From: Candidatus Krumholzibacteriia bacterium
GTDB taxonomy: Bacteria > Krumholzibacteriota > Krumholzibacteriia > JAJRXK01
Length of the DNA stretch: 64,000 nucleotides
Assembly: GCA_041484665.1 (NCBI GenBank)
Contig: JBGPIA010000002.1
Span: 704,001-768,000 of the forward strand
Reading direction: 5' to 3'
Shown: one piece after another, positions 11,609 through 20,551 of the stretch
Layout: every line of letters begins with the position of its first letter
Position numbering within the stretch: the stretch's first letter is position 1
The notes under the pieces: model-generated
Databases searched by the model: none
What the model saw: only the letters and a program-made list of their open reading frames with translations
What the model was told of the DNA's origin: nothing
Position numbers and translations under genes: made by a program

Positions 11609-12562
11609 CTACTTCCCGTGGCAGTCGGCGCACACCGGTGCACTCTCGCCGCCGGCGTGGCACGAAACGCAGCTCTCCAGATCGAAGCGCGCCTCCTCCG
11701 CGTGCCGGCCGCCGCCCACACTGGCACCCAGCACCCAATCGGCGCTCGAGTGGTTGCGCGGCAGGACGTTCTCCGCGGTGTGGCAGGACGAGCAGAACTG
11801 CGCGTCCTCGTGACAGGTGCGGCAGGAGAGTTCGTTGCCGCGCGCCTCGAGCGCGTGGTCGAAGGCGAAGTTCAGCCGGTGCGAGCGCGGCCGCACGTTG
11901 TCTCCCGAGTGGCAGTCCTGGCAGTCCTTCTGCGTGTGACACGACTCGCAGCTGACGCCGTCCAGGCGCGCGTCCACGCCGTGCAACGATTTCCAGTCGG
12001 GCGCGTGCGAGACGGGCCGCAACGGCTCGGAGGCCGCGTGGCAGACCTCGCAATCCTTCAGCGCGGACGCCGTCTCGTGGCAGCTGCGGCAGCGCGCCAT
12101 CTCGGGGATGCTCGGCTCGCCCGCCGCGCCGGCACGGTGGCAGCCCGTGCACTGCATGCCGTCGGCGAGGTGGGTCTGATGCGAAAACTTCTGGACCGCC
12201 GAAACACGGCGAGCGGCCGCTACCGGCTCCGCCACATTGGTGTGGCAGGTCCCGCACTTCGTATCGTCGGCGACGTCGTGACAGGCGCCGCAGGTGTCCA
12301 TGGTCGGCAACAGGTTGTCGGTGCCGGCAGCCGAGGTGGCGGCCGCGCCGTGACAGGTCTCGCACTCCACGTCGTTCTGGACGTGGATGCGGTGCAGCGG
12401 CCGGATGGTGTCGGGCTTGCTCGCGGCGGGCGGCGCGGCGAGGGCTGCCGGCTGAAGGCCCGGCGCTCCGCTCAACCCCAACCAGAGCCCGCCAGCCAGC
12501 AGGGCCGTCGAGGCAGCCAGTCCCACCAGGGCGCCCAGCCTCGTGCGCATCACCGCAACCAC
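11609..12562 (-). CDS. Periplasmic dodecaheme cytochrome c (c3/c7-type repeats)
   Basis: Signal peptide and 12 CxxCH counted. Confidence 0.85.
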   Translation of the reverse strand: MVAVMRTRLGALVGLAASTALLAGGLWLGLSGAPGLQPAALAAPPAASKPDTIRPLHRIHVQNDVECETCHGAAATSAAGTDNLLPTMDTCGACHDVADDTKCGTCHTNVAEPVAAARRVSAVQKFSHQTHLADGMQCTGCHRAGAAGEPSIPEMARCRSCHETASALKDCEVCHAASEPLRPVSHAPDWKSLHGVDARLDGVSCESCHTQKDCQDCHSGDNVRPRSHRLNFAFDHALEARGNELSCRTCHEDAQFCSSCHTAENVLPRNHSSADWVLGASVGGGRHAEEARFDLESCVSCHAGGESAPVCADCHGK

Positions 12563-13899
12563 CCCCCTTGGTCGAGACCGAACCGCGACGCGCCGCGGCC
12601 CATGTCCACGTCCACCCCCAGCAGCAGCCGCACGTCCTTGGAATAGACTGGATTATCCAGGCTTTGGACCTCGGCGCTCACGCGCAACCCGTCGCGGACG
12701 CGGGCGCGCGCGCGGGCGTAGATCGTGGTCAGGTCGCGCTGATCACTGTCAGGGGCGTCCTGCAGCAGCGCGTAGGTGGAGAGCGTCGCGCCGCCATCGA
12801 GGGACAGCCACCCCACGGGCAGCCAGCGCAGGAAGCCGTACCAGCTGCTCTCCTCGCCGGCGTCACCAATGCGCGCCGAGTAGCCGACCTGCCCGTAGGG
12901 AAACAGCAGAGCCGCGCCCAGGCGCGTGGCCGTGCGCTCGTCGACGAACGATCCGACGTACTCCAGCTCCGCTCCCATCCGCGTGCGGTGCTCGTAGCGC
13001 AGCGTGCAACGCGCCAGCCGCAGACGCTCGGCCGCGCCCACGAAGCGGGCGAAGTAGGAGCCGTCGTCGATGGCGGGCGCGCGGTCGATCACCTGCGCAG
13101 AGAGCACCGGCAGGTTCCGCCGGGGCTGCCATTGGGCCAGCGCCTCGGCCCGGTCCCAGCGCTCGCGTTGCAGATCGTAGGACAGCCGCCCGGTGCCGCG
13201 CAGGCCCGGCCACGGCGTGAGGCCTGCTTCCAGCCCCAGCGGTCGCGTGGCGATGCGGCCAGCCGTTTCGCGGTAGGCATAGGACGCGGCGAGCTGTAGC
13301 TGTCGCAGCGGCGCGCAGGTCACGCGCGCACCCCATGCCGGATCGTCACCGAGGGTCCCGGCCTCGATCTTGCGCGACAGCGGAGCTCGGGCGCCGCCGA
13401 ACACGCGCAGCCCCCACATCGCGCTCGGGCGCAGCGCGAGCCATAGACCGTCCAGCGTCAGGCCGGTGGGGCCCTCCTGGACGAACTGCCGGCCCAGCCG
13501 TGCCGTGAGCATCGAGCCGAGCCGTCCCTCGACGTGCCCGGTGTACAGTCGCTCGCGAGTGGTGGTGCGCTCCTTCAGCCACAAGTCGTCGGCGAAGCGT
13601 CCGGCGGCGCGGACGGTGAGGTGGCCGTCGACCAGGCCGCTCACCGCGCCGTCGAACTCCTGGTATCCGCCCAGGTGATCGAGATCCGGTCCGGACGGAT
13701 CGACGGTCTGGAAGCCGTAGGTCGTCGTGCGCAGCTGCAGCCGCCACGAGGGCGCGTTCCACGCGTAGCCCGGCTCGCCTGCGGCGGCGGCCCGACACTG
13801 CGGCACGGACAGCGCCGCCGCGGCGCCGAGGATCAACAGCAGGAGCGCACGCGCTGGGGCCGCCGAACACCGCCCGGGGATCATCCGCCTGTTCGCCAT
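12550..13899 (-). CDS. Putative outer-membrane beta-barrel (porin of a porin-cytochrome conduit)
   Basis: Signal peptide, many amphipathic strands (e.g. ARLGRQFV, LDGLWL), no heme motifs; lies between multiheme cytochrome genes. Confidence 0.7.
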   Translation of the reverse strand: MANRRMIPGRCSAAPARALLLLILGAAAALSVPQCRAAAAGEPGYAWNAPSWRLQLRTTTYGFQTVDPSGPDLDHLGGYQEFDGAVSGLVDGHLTVRAAGRFADDLWLKERTTTRERLYTGHVEGRLGSMLTARLGRQFVQEGPTGLTLDGLWLALRPSAMWGLRVFGGARAPLSRKIEAGTLGDDPAWGARVTCAPLRQLQLAASYAYRETAGRIATRPLGLEAGLTPWPGLRGTGRLSYDLQRERWDRAEALAQWQPRRNLPVLSAQVIDRAPAIDDGSYFARFVGAAERLRLARCTLRYEHRTRMGAELEYVGSFVDERTATRLGAALLFPYGQVGYSARIGDAGEESSWYGFLRWLPVGWLSLDGGATLSTYALLQDAPDSDQRDLTTIYARARARVRDGLRVSAEVQSLDNPVYSKDVRLLLGVDVDMGRGASRFGLDQGGWLR

Positions 13900-13990
13900 G
13901 GACCCAAGCCCCCTTCCTTCCACCACGAGACGCTGGAGCGAAAGGAGCGCCCCGCGCGCTCCTTTCGCCGATTCCCAGCGCAGCAGCCCC

Positions 13991-15676
13991 CTAGTCCGGC
14001 CGCCTCAGCACGTAGGCCTCGGCGGGCAGGGCGGTGGAATCCAGGAACAGGATGCTCTGCTGCAGCAGCTGCACCGCGTAATTCGCGTTGTGCACACCGT
14101 GCGATCCGTCGAACGAAACGAACGCCCAGTTGTAGGCGGCCTTGCGCTGATCGACCGTGGTCAGCGTCGCGTCGCCCATCCGGCCCTCGAAGTTGGCGGT
14201 GAGCGAGTCATGGGCCGCCTGCGTCGTGCTGGCGGCGACGATGCTCTGCTCGAGCACCTCAAGCAGCCCGTCCACCTCGTCCTGGACTCCCTCGACCTGA
14301 CCGTCGCCGTCATAGTCCTGCTTGGCCATGACGTCGCGGAAGCTGGCGATCGTACCGTGACAGGGGGCGCACGCCTCGACCACCGGCCGGAAGTTGTGCC
14401 CCATGAAATTGGCGATGCCGGACTCCGGGTCGCCCGGATGCGGGTGCGTGTGGCAGGTGACACACGCGTCCTGCACCAGGATGTGTTTGCTGGATGCCCA
14501 GAAGAACGACGGGTTGATCGCCTGGTAGGCGTTCACCCCCGTGATCATGTCGCCCTGCACCGAGTGGTGGGGGCCGAGGTGCGCGTTGCCGTTGGCGATC
14601 TGGTTGTTCACGTCCGTGTTGGTGCGCCGCCCGTTGTGGCAGGCCATGCACAGGCGGCCGGCACCGGCCTTCTCCACCAGTACGCCATTAGGCAGCGCCC
14701 GATCGGTGACCGATGCGTCGCGCAGGCTGCCGGGGTTGGCGTTCCCGTGGGGCTCGTGGCAGCCGGCGCAGGTCAGCATGAGGGACTCGGTGGGATTGGC
14801 CGCCAGCGCGGCGAAGCCCTCCGGGTTGTCGAGGTAGTCGGGCGCGAACAGGCCGTTGTGGCACTTCGCGCAGCTCTTGTTGAGCGCGGCGTCCTCCACG
14901 ATGCCGGCGTGGGCCGAGGACTGCCACTCGTCGTAGGTCGGGTGGTGGATCCCGTTGTGGCACTGCCCGCACAACGAGGCGTCCAGAGTCTTTCCAACCG
15001 ACGCGAAATCCGGATCGTGATGATCGCTGCCCGGTCCGTGGCAGTTCTCGCACTGCACGCCGGCCAGACGGTCGACGTGGGTCTCGTCCCAGCCGCCGTT
15101 GTTGAGAGCCGCGTCTGCGTTGAGCCCGTACGAGCCCACGGTATGACAGCCGACGCAGGCGGGGTTCTCGCCCTGCCCGATGCTCTTCAGCGAGTTGAGC
15201 GCGCCTGCGTGCCGGGAGGTGGACCAGGTGGCGTACTGCTGGCCGCCGGGGCCACCGTTGTGGCAGGTGGAGCAGAAGGTGACACCGCGGTAGAAGGGCG
15301 TGACCGACGGCAGGTAGGACGCGACACCGACATTGGCGCTGCCGATCGCGACGTCCTTGCCGTCGGTGACGACCACGGCGAGCCGGTAGATGCCCGCATT
15401 GTCGGGCGCCGTCCAGACGGTGCTGTCGGCGCTGGCGTTGGTGAAGCTTCCCCCGTCCGCAGTCCACTGATAGCTCAATGGGCTGGCGTTGGTGGCACTC
15501 GCCACCGCCTGCACCGTGATCGGCTGTCCCGTGTCCACGCTCTGGGGGGTCGCCTGGACGGTGACCTGGATCGCGGGCTTCGGGGACACGTTGACGATTT
15601 TCTCATCCCCGCACGCCACCAACAGCGCGCCAGCCAGGCACGCCGCCAGCAGGATTCCTTTCCGCCACATCATCAT
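13991..15676 (-). CDS. Nonaheme cytochrome c lipoprotein with N-terminal Ig/PKD-like domain (OmcB-like C-terminus)
   Basis: AGGAGG RBS; lipobox LLVAC; Ig-like LSYQWTADGG..VWTAP; 9 CxxCH; C-terminal AYNW..DGSHGVHNANYAVQLL. Confidence 0.85.
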   Translation of the reverse strand: MMMWRKGILLAACLAGALLVACGDEKIVNVSPKPAIQVTVQATPQSVDTGQPITVQAVASATNASPLSYQWTADGGSFTNASADSTVWTAPDNAGIYRLAVVVTDGKDVAIGSANVGVASYLPSVTPFYRGVTFCSTCHNGGPGGQQYATWSTSRHAGALNSLKSIGQGENPACVGCHTVGSYGLNADAALNNGGWDETHVDRLAGVQCENCHGPGSDHHDPDFASVGKTLDASLCGQCHNGIHHPTYDEWQSSAHAGIVEDAALNKSCAKCHNGLFAPDYLDNPEGFAALAANPTESLMLTCAGCHEPHGNANPGSLRDASVTDRALPNGVLVEKAGAGRLCMACHNGRRTNTDVNNQIANGNAHLGPHHSVQGDMITGVNAYQAINPSFFWASSKHILVQDACVTCHTHPHPGDPESGIANFMGHNFRPVVEACAPCHGTIASFRDVMAKQDYDGDGQVEGVQDEVDGLLEVLEQSIVAASTTQAAHDSLTANFEGRMGDATLTTVDQRKAAYNWAFVSFDGSHGVHNANYAVQLLQQSILFLDSTALPAEAYVLRRPD

Positions 15677-15754
15677 GACCCTGAACCTCCTCTTGCGATC
15701 GAGGGCAGCTCGCCGTCCGCGCGTCATGCACGCCTGGACGGTCCGCCCCCCGGC

Positions 15755-15770
15755 TGCAAACGTGATGCCA
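15755..15770 (-). promoter_or_regulatory. Sigma-54 promoter of the porin-cytochrome operon
   Basis: Minus strand TGGCATCACGTTTGCA, a near-perfect TGGCAC-N5-TTGCA, about 80 bp upstream of ATG 15676. Confidence 0.75.
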
Positions 15771-16138
15771 GGCGAAAACATCGGCACCAGGCAACCCGAA
15801 GTCACGCTCAATTCTGTGATCTCGCAGCCAGTGCAGAGGATCCCGGCATCTGGCGGACCCGAGCCGCCGGGTCCGTGCGGGCTGCCTTGGACATTCTGGC
15901 AGGAGCAGAGCGCCGCCCCTGCAATCCTGTCAACACTAGATCCTAAGAGATCGCGCCGAGATCGCCCGCGGAGCGGGCGTGGTGCGCCCGTCCTCGGGCA
16001 GCCACTCAGGTTTTCCTTGTGCTCGCTGCCGCGGAGTCCTATTTCGTGAGGTTCGGCGCCGCGGGGGCCCCGTGCAGCGGCTCGGGACCGCACGCCCCAG
16101 GCGCCGCTTGCTCCCCCCACGCAGGAGGTCGTCGCCCC

Positions 16139-17695
16139 ATGCCCAGCGAGCCGAGCGATCCGGTCCCCCCCCGCGATCGAAGCAAGGACGGCGGCTCCGG
16201 TCCGCGACGTCCGCTGCCGACGTCGTTCTACAATCCCATAACGCTGCTGGGCTCGCTCATCGCCGTCGTCAGTTTCGGCCTGATCCTCTTCTTGATCCTG
16301 CTGGAGGCGACTTCGGGGCACCAAAAGCCCTACATGGGGATCATCGCGTTCGTGATCCTGCCGGCCATTCTGCTGCTGGGCCTCTCGCTCGTCGCAGCGG
16401 GAGTGCTGCGGCAGCAGTACCGGCGCCGCCACGGCAAGGAGGTGGCGGCGCGCTTGCCGCGCATCGACCTCAACGATCCGCGCCACCGCCGGGCCGTGCA
16501 GCTGATCGCGCTGGGTACGGTCCTGGTGCTCGCACTGTCGGCGTTCACCAGCTTCAAGGCCTACGAGCACACCGACTCCGACCAGTTCTGTGGCCAGACC
16601 TGCCACAACGTGATGCAGCCGGAGTACACGGCCTACCGGAACTCGCCCCACGCGCGGGTCGGGTGCGTGCAGTGCCACATCGGCCCCGGAGCGAAGTGGT
16701 TCGTACGCGCGAAGCTGTCGGGCGCCTACCAGGTCTACGCCACGCTGTTCGACAAGTACCCGCGCCCCATCCCCACCCCGATCGACAACCTGCGCCCCTC
16801 GCGGGACACCTGCGAGACGTGCCACTGGCCCCAGCACTTCTTCGCGGAGAAGTTCGTCCAGAACCAGTACTACCTGTCCGACGAGCAGAACCACTCCGTG
16901 AAGCTGGACCTCTCCATCAAGATCGGCGGAGGGAACGTGGAATCGGGCCCCACGTCCGGGATCCACTGGCACATGAACGTAGCCAACGAGGTCAGCTACA
17001 TCGCGCTGGACCGCCAGCGCACGAAGATCCCCTGGGTGCGCAGCCGCTCCCGCGACGGCCTGGAGACCGTCTACCGCAGCTCGGAGCTCCCGGCCACCGA
17101 CGATGAGCTGGCCAAGGGCGAGCACCGCACCATGGACTGCATCGACTGCCACAACCGCCCCACCCACATCTACCATCCGCCCGCCAAATCCGTGAACGAG
17201 GTGATGTCCCTCGGCTGGATCGATCCGTCGCTCCCCTACGTCAAAAAGGTCGCGGTCGAGGCCATCGACCGGCCCTACAGCTCAGCGGCGGTGGCGCAGG
17301 ACAGCATCCGGGTCACGATCGAGTCGTTCTACCGCGAGAGCTACCCGGAGATCGCGGCGGCGAAGCATGCGCAGATCGAGCGGGCGGTCGTGGAGGCGCA
17401 GCGCATCTTCAGCCGCAATTTCTTCCCCGAGATGCGCGTCAGCTGGCGCAGCTTCCCGGACAACATCGGCCACATGTACTCGCTGGGCTGCTTCCGCTGC
17501 CACGACGGCAAGCACGTCAGCCAGGACGGCAAGGTGCTTTCGCGCGAATGCACCGCTTGCCACACGATCCTCGCCGAGCAGATCGGCGAAGGGAGCCAGC
17601 AGGTGTCCCTCACCGGCGTGGACTACCAGCACCCGGAGGACATCGGCGACGCGTGGCGCGAGATGAACTGCGTCGAGTGCCACGGCCCGCAGTGA
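16139..17695 (+). CDS. NapC/NirT-family heptaheme inner-membrane cytochrome, ImcH-like
   Basis: AGGAGG RBS; three N-terminal TM helices; FCGQTCH plus 6 CxxCH; NapC-like MQPEY..SPHARVGCVQCH; IHWH; DCIDCHNRPTH. Confidence 0.85.
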   Translation: MPSEPSDPVPPRDRSKDGGSGPRRPLPTSFYNPITLLGSLIAVVSFGLILFLILLEATSGHQKPYMGIIAFVILPAILLLGLSLVAAGVLRQQYRRRHGKEVAARLPRIDLNDPRHRRAVQLIALGTVLVLALSAFTSFKAYEHTDSDQFCGQTCHNVMQPEYTAYRNSPHARVGCVQCHIGPGAKWFVRAKLSGAYQVYATLFDKYPRPIPTPIDNLRPSRDTCETCHWPQHFFAEKFVQNQYYLSDEQNHSVKLDLSIKIGGGNVESGPTSGIHWHMNVANEVSYIALDRQRTKIPWVRSRSRDGLETVYRSSELPATDDELAKGEHRTMDCIDCHNRPTHIYHPPAKSVNEVMSLGWIDPSLPYVKKVAVEAIDRPYSSAAVAQDSIRVTIESFYRESYPEIAAAKHAQIERAVVEAQRIFSRNFFPEMRVSWRSFPDNIGHMYSLGCFRCHDGKHVSQDGKVLSRECTACHTILAEQIGEGSQQVSLTGVDYQHPEDIGDAWREMNCVECHGPQ

Positions 17696-17863
17696 TCAAG
17701 TTTCCGGTGGTGTGCTGAGCCTGCGCGGCGCGCGCCGACGCGCTGCTCCTGCAGCTGGGGTGTCGCCGCGCGCGCTGCCGCGCCGTGTGCGCGTGCGAAT
17801 GCGCCCCGGCGCAGTGTGGCGCTCCTCTGCTCTGGATCTGTGATCTTCTGCAACGATCCTCCA

Positions 17864-17896
17864 CACCTGCGCGCGCCGTGCGCAGGTGCCTTTTTT
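17864..17896 (+). terminator. Rho-independent terminator after the imcH-like gene
   Basis: CACCTGCGCGC-GCC-GTGCGCAGGTG hairpin followed by CCTTTTTT. Confidence 0.65.
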
Positions 17897-17999
17897 CCCC
17901 TTGGCTGCATCGCGAGCGTGTCCTTGTTTTCCCGTGGCCGATGATGGCCGGTATATCGAAACGTACCGCATCTCGCTCACTGGATCGGGGCGCTGGGCA

Positions 18000-19211
18000 A
18001 TGCCTGCCGATCGTGCATCTTCGCTCGCGGTGATCTCGCTCGCCCGGCTGCTTTGCGGCGCGGGTGTGCCGGCGATTCTGGCTGCAGCACCGCCCGGATC
18101 CGCTGCACCGCTATCGGGATCCGCCGCAGTACTGTCTGAATCCTCTGCACCGCTGTCCGGATCCTCTGCACCGCTCTTTGAATCCGCAGCGCAGCCGCTC
18201 GCCGCGCTGGGCGATGCTCACGACGTCGCCGTCTCCATCAAGTCCGTCATCGCGATCCTCCCCGGCCCCTCTGCGCTGGACACTTTCCGCAGGCCGGTGG
18301 GCCTGTGCGCCGACGCGCGGCGTCACATTTTCATCGTGGCGGACACGGGCAATCAGCGTCTGGCGATCTTCGACGAGGCGGGGCGCTGCCGGGGCACGCT
18401 CGCCTACGCGCAGGGCCGGCCCGGGCCGGTCACACCCGGCGTCCCGCAGGTCCGCACCGCTGAGCCCGCGTCCGTGGCCATCGATGCGCGCGGGCGCTTG
18501 TACGTGCTGGACAACATCGGGCACACCGTCGAAGTGCTCACCGCCCTCGGCTCGCACCTCAGTTGGCTGGAGCCGCCGTTGCCCGGCGCAGCGGCGAGCG
18601 AGGCACAGGCCGACTACGTGGCCGTAGGCGCCCTCGGCAACATCCATCTGTTGTACTCCGGCGCCGTGCCCGGCCTGGTGATCGTGGAGCCCAAGGGGGA
18701 CCTGATCGCGTCACTGGGCTTCGAGCGCGGCGATGCGCGGGCGCTCAGGACCCCCATCTGCGTCGCAGTCGATCCGCAGGAGCGCGAGCTCGCCGTGGTG
18801 GATCCGGAGGCGGAGCGTGAGGTGCGCGTGCTCGGAGTGGACGGCACGCTGCTCGCGGCGTTCGGCACGCACGGCGAGGCGCAGGGCACCCTCTCCATGG
18901 CCGTGCACGTGGCGTGGGGCCCGGGCCACTCGCTGTGGGTCACCGACACCATCCGCCATTCGATCAGCATCTTCGACGACCGGGGCGCGTTCCTGGACCG
19001 CATCGGCGGCTTCGGGGCGGCTCCGGGCCAGTTCAACTATCCGGCCGCGTGCGCCTTCCTTGGCGACGACCGGCTGGTGGTGCTGGAGCGGGCGGGCGCC
19101 CGTTGCCAGATCCTCGAGGTGGAGACGCAAGGTCTCCGCCAGGCCCGCGCGACCCGCACCGCTGCGGGTCGCGCCAAGCCACAGCGCGTGGCAACCGGGA
19201 ATGGGGGGTGA
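18000..19211 (+). CDS. NHL-repeat beta-propeller protein
   Basis: FRRPVGL..IVADTGNQRLAIFD, LWVTDTIRHSISIFD, GGFGAAPGQFNYP. Confidence 0.85.
   Translation: MPADRASSLAVISLARLLCGAGVPAILAAAPPGSAAPLSGSAAVLSESSAPLSGSSAPLFESAAQPLAALGDAHDVAVSIKSVIAILPGPSALDTFRRPVGLCADARRHIFIVADTGNQRLAIFDEAGRCRGTLAYAQGRPGPVTPGVPQVRTAEPASVAIDARGRLYVLDNIGHTVEVLTALGSHLSWLEPPLPGAAASEAQADYVAVGALGNIHLLYSGAVPGLVIVEPKGDLIASLGFERGDARALRTPICVAVDPQERELAVVDPEAEREVRVLGVDGTLLAAFGTHGEAQGTLSMAVHVAWGPGHSLWVTDTIRHSISIFDDRGAFLDRIGGFGAAPGQFNYPAACAFLGDDRLVVLERAGARCQILEVETQGLRQARATRTAAGRAKPQRVATGNGG
18097..18190 (+). repeat. In-frame 21-bp tandem repeat (~4.5 copies)
   Basis: gatccgctgcaccgctatcgg / gatccgccgcagtactgtctg / aatcctctgcaccgctgtccg / gatcctctgcaccgctctttg. 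Confidence 0.8.
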
Positions 19212-19305
19212 GAGCGGCAAACGAATCCGCGTCTTGATGGACTCCCCCGACAGCAATCGCGGCGAGGGTCGTCGCGATGCCGAAGGGATCTCAGGGAGGT
19301 GAGAA

Positions 19306-20364
19306 TTGTACAGCAAGAGAATCCTGACATCGGTGGGTGTGGTGTTGGCCATCATGGCGATGGCGAGCCTGAGCATCGCGGGCGATTTCCATGCTGGGAT
19401 CAACCTGGTCTGCAGCGATTGCCACGTCATGCACTTCAGCCAGGGCCACGGGTACAATGCCAATGGCTCGGGCAACACCACGGCGTTGGGAGCTGCGGGG
19501 CCGTACGAGCTGCTGCTGCGCAACGACATCAGCGAGCTCTGTCTGAGCTGCCACGACGGCCAGGCCTGGGCTCCCGACGTGTTCGAGAGCCACGGCAACG
19601 GCTACGTGCGCCAGGCGGGGGCGTTGAATGAAGTGGGCGGCAACGGGCAGTATCCGCCGACCACGGGGCATACCCTGGGGTCGACGGCGGTTGCTCCGGG
19701 GAGCAGCCCGCCATGGAGCAGCCCGGACGGGTTGGAGTGCACCAACTGCCATGCCGCGCACGGTGGCGGCACGGCCGGCAACTCGTACCGCAATCTGGGC
19801 GGATTTGGCACGGTGCCCGGCCCGGCGTTGGCTATCAGCTACTCGCGTGGCGACGTCGAAGTCAGCAACGACCTGACCAAGTGGGTCTTCGAGTCGGCGT
19901 CGAGCGGCGTCACCGCGAACCACTACGGCGTGGGCGCCATCACGTTCAACGAGCCCGACCAGAACAAGTCGAAGTACGGTGAGTTCTGCAAGAGCTGTCA
20001 CACGAACTTCCACGGGGACGTGGGCGGCACGGAGCTCGGTGGCGGGGCGGCGGGCCGTTTCCACCGTCACCCGACCAACGGCGCCGACATCGCAGGATCG
20101 AACCTGACCCGCTTCCTGGGCAAGGCCAACGAGGTCCAGGTGATGTCGGCCGCCGGCCACAAGCCCGGCACCTACGTTGCAACCGACACCGATCTGACGC
20201 CTTCCTGCATGACGTGCCACAAGGGGCATGGCGACCAGAACGCGTTCGGCCTCATCTTCATGGTGGGGACGGGCACGGTCACGGAGCAGGGAGACAATGG
20301 GGTCGACATGCGCAACACCTGCCGCCAGTGCCACCCCCAGGGCGGCACCAGTACGGCCTACTAG
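19306..20364 (+). CDS. OmcS-like hexaheme cytochrome c (candidate nanowire subunit)
   Basis: GGAGGTG RBS and TTG start; signal peptide; FH..CSDCHVMH, CLSCH, GH, CTNCHAAHG..YRNL, FCKSCHTNFH, RHP, SCMTCHKGHG, terminal CRQCH. Confidence 0.75.
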   Translation: MYSKRILTSVGVVLAIMAMASLSIAGDFHAGINLVCSDCHVMHFSQGHGYNANGSGNTTALGAAGPYELLLRNDISELCLSCHDGQAWAPDVFESHGNGYVRQAGALNEVGGNGQYPPTTGHTLGSTAVAPGSSPPWSSPDGLECTNCHAAHGGGTAGNSYRNLGGFGTVPGPALAISYSRGDVEVSNDLTKWVFESASSGVTANHYGVGAITFNEPDQNKSKYGEFCKSCHTNFHGDVGGTELGGGAAGRFHRHPTNGADIAGSNLTRFLGKANEVQVMSAAGHKPGTYVATDTDLTPSCMTCHKGHGDQNAFGLIFMVGTGTVTEQGDNGVDMRNTCRQCHPQGGTSTAY

Positions 20365-20551
20365 GTCGGGTCGCTGGCGGGCAGGGGCGCTTTGCTCGGT
20401 GGCTCGCGCAAGGCCCCTGGGCGGGTCTTGGATGGAAGCGTCCTGACGCTGGAACCCAGGGTCGAGCCGCCGACACTCCGGCCAATGTCGGCGGCCGCAC
20501 CTGGGGTCGCTCTCCACTCTCCTCCAACCGCGCGGCCGGCGGGAGTCTGCG

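Noticed and set aside
15677..17176. Apparent 500-aa N-terminal extension of the nonaheme lipoprotein (1061-aa ORF)
   Set aside because: It is antisense to the imcH-like gene. The RBS, lipoprotein signal and sigma-54 promoter place the start at 15676.
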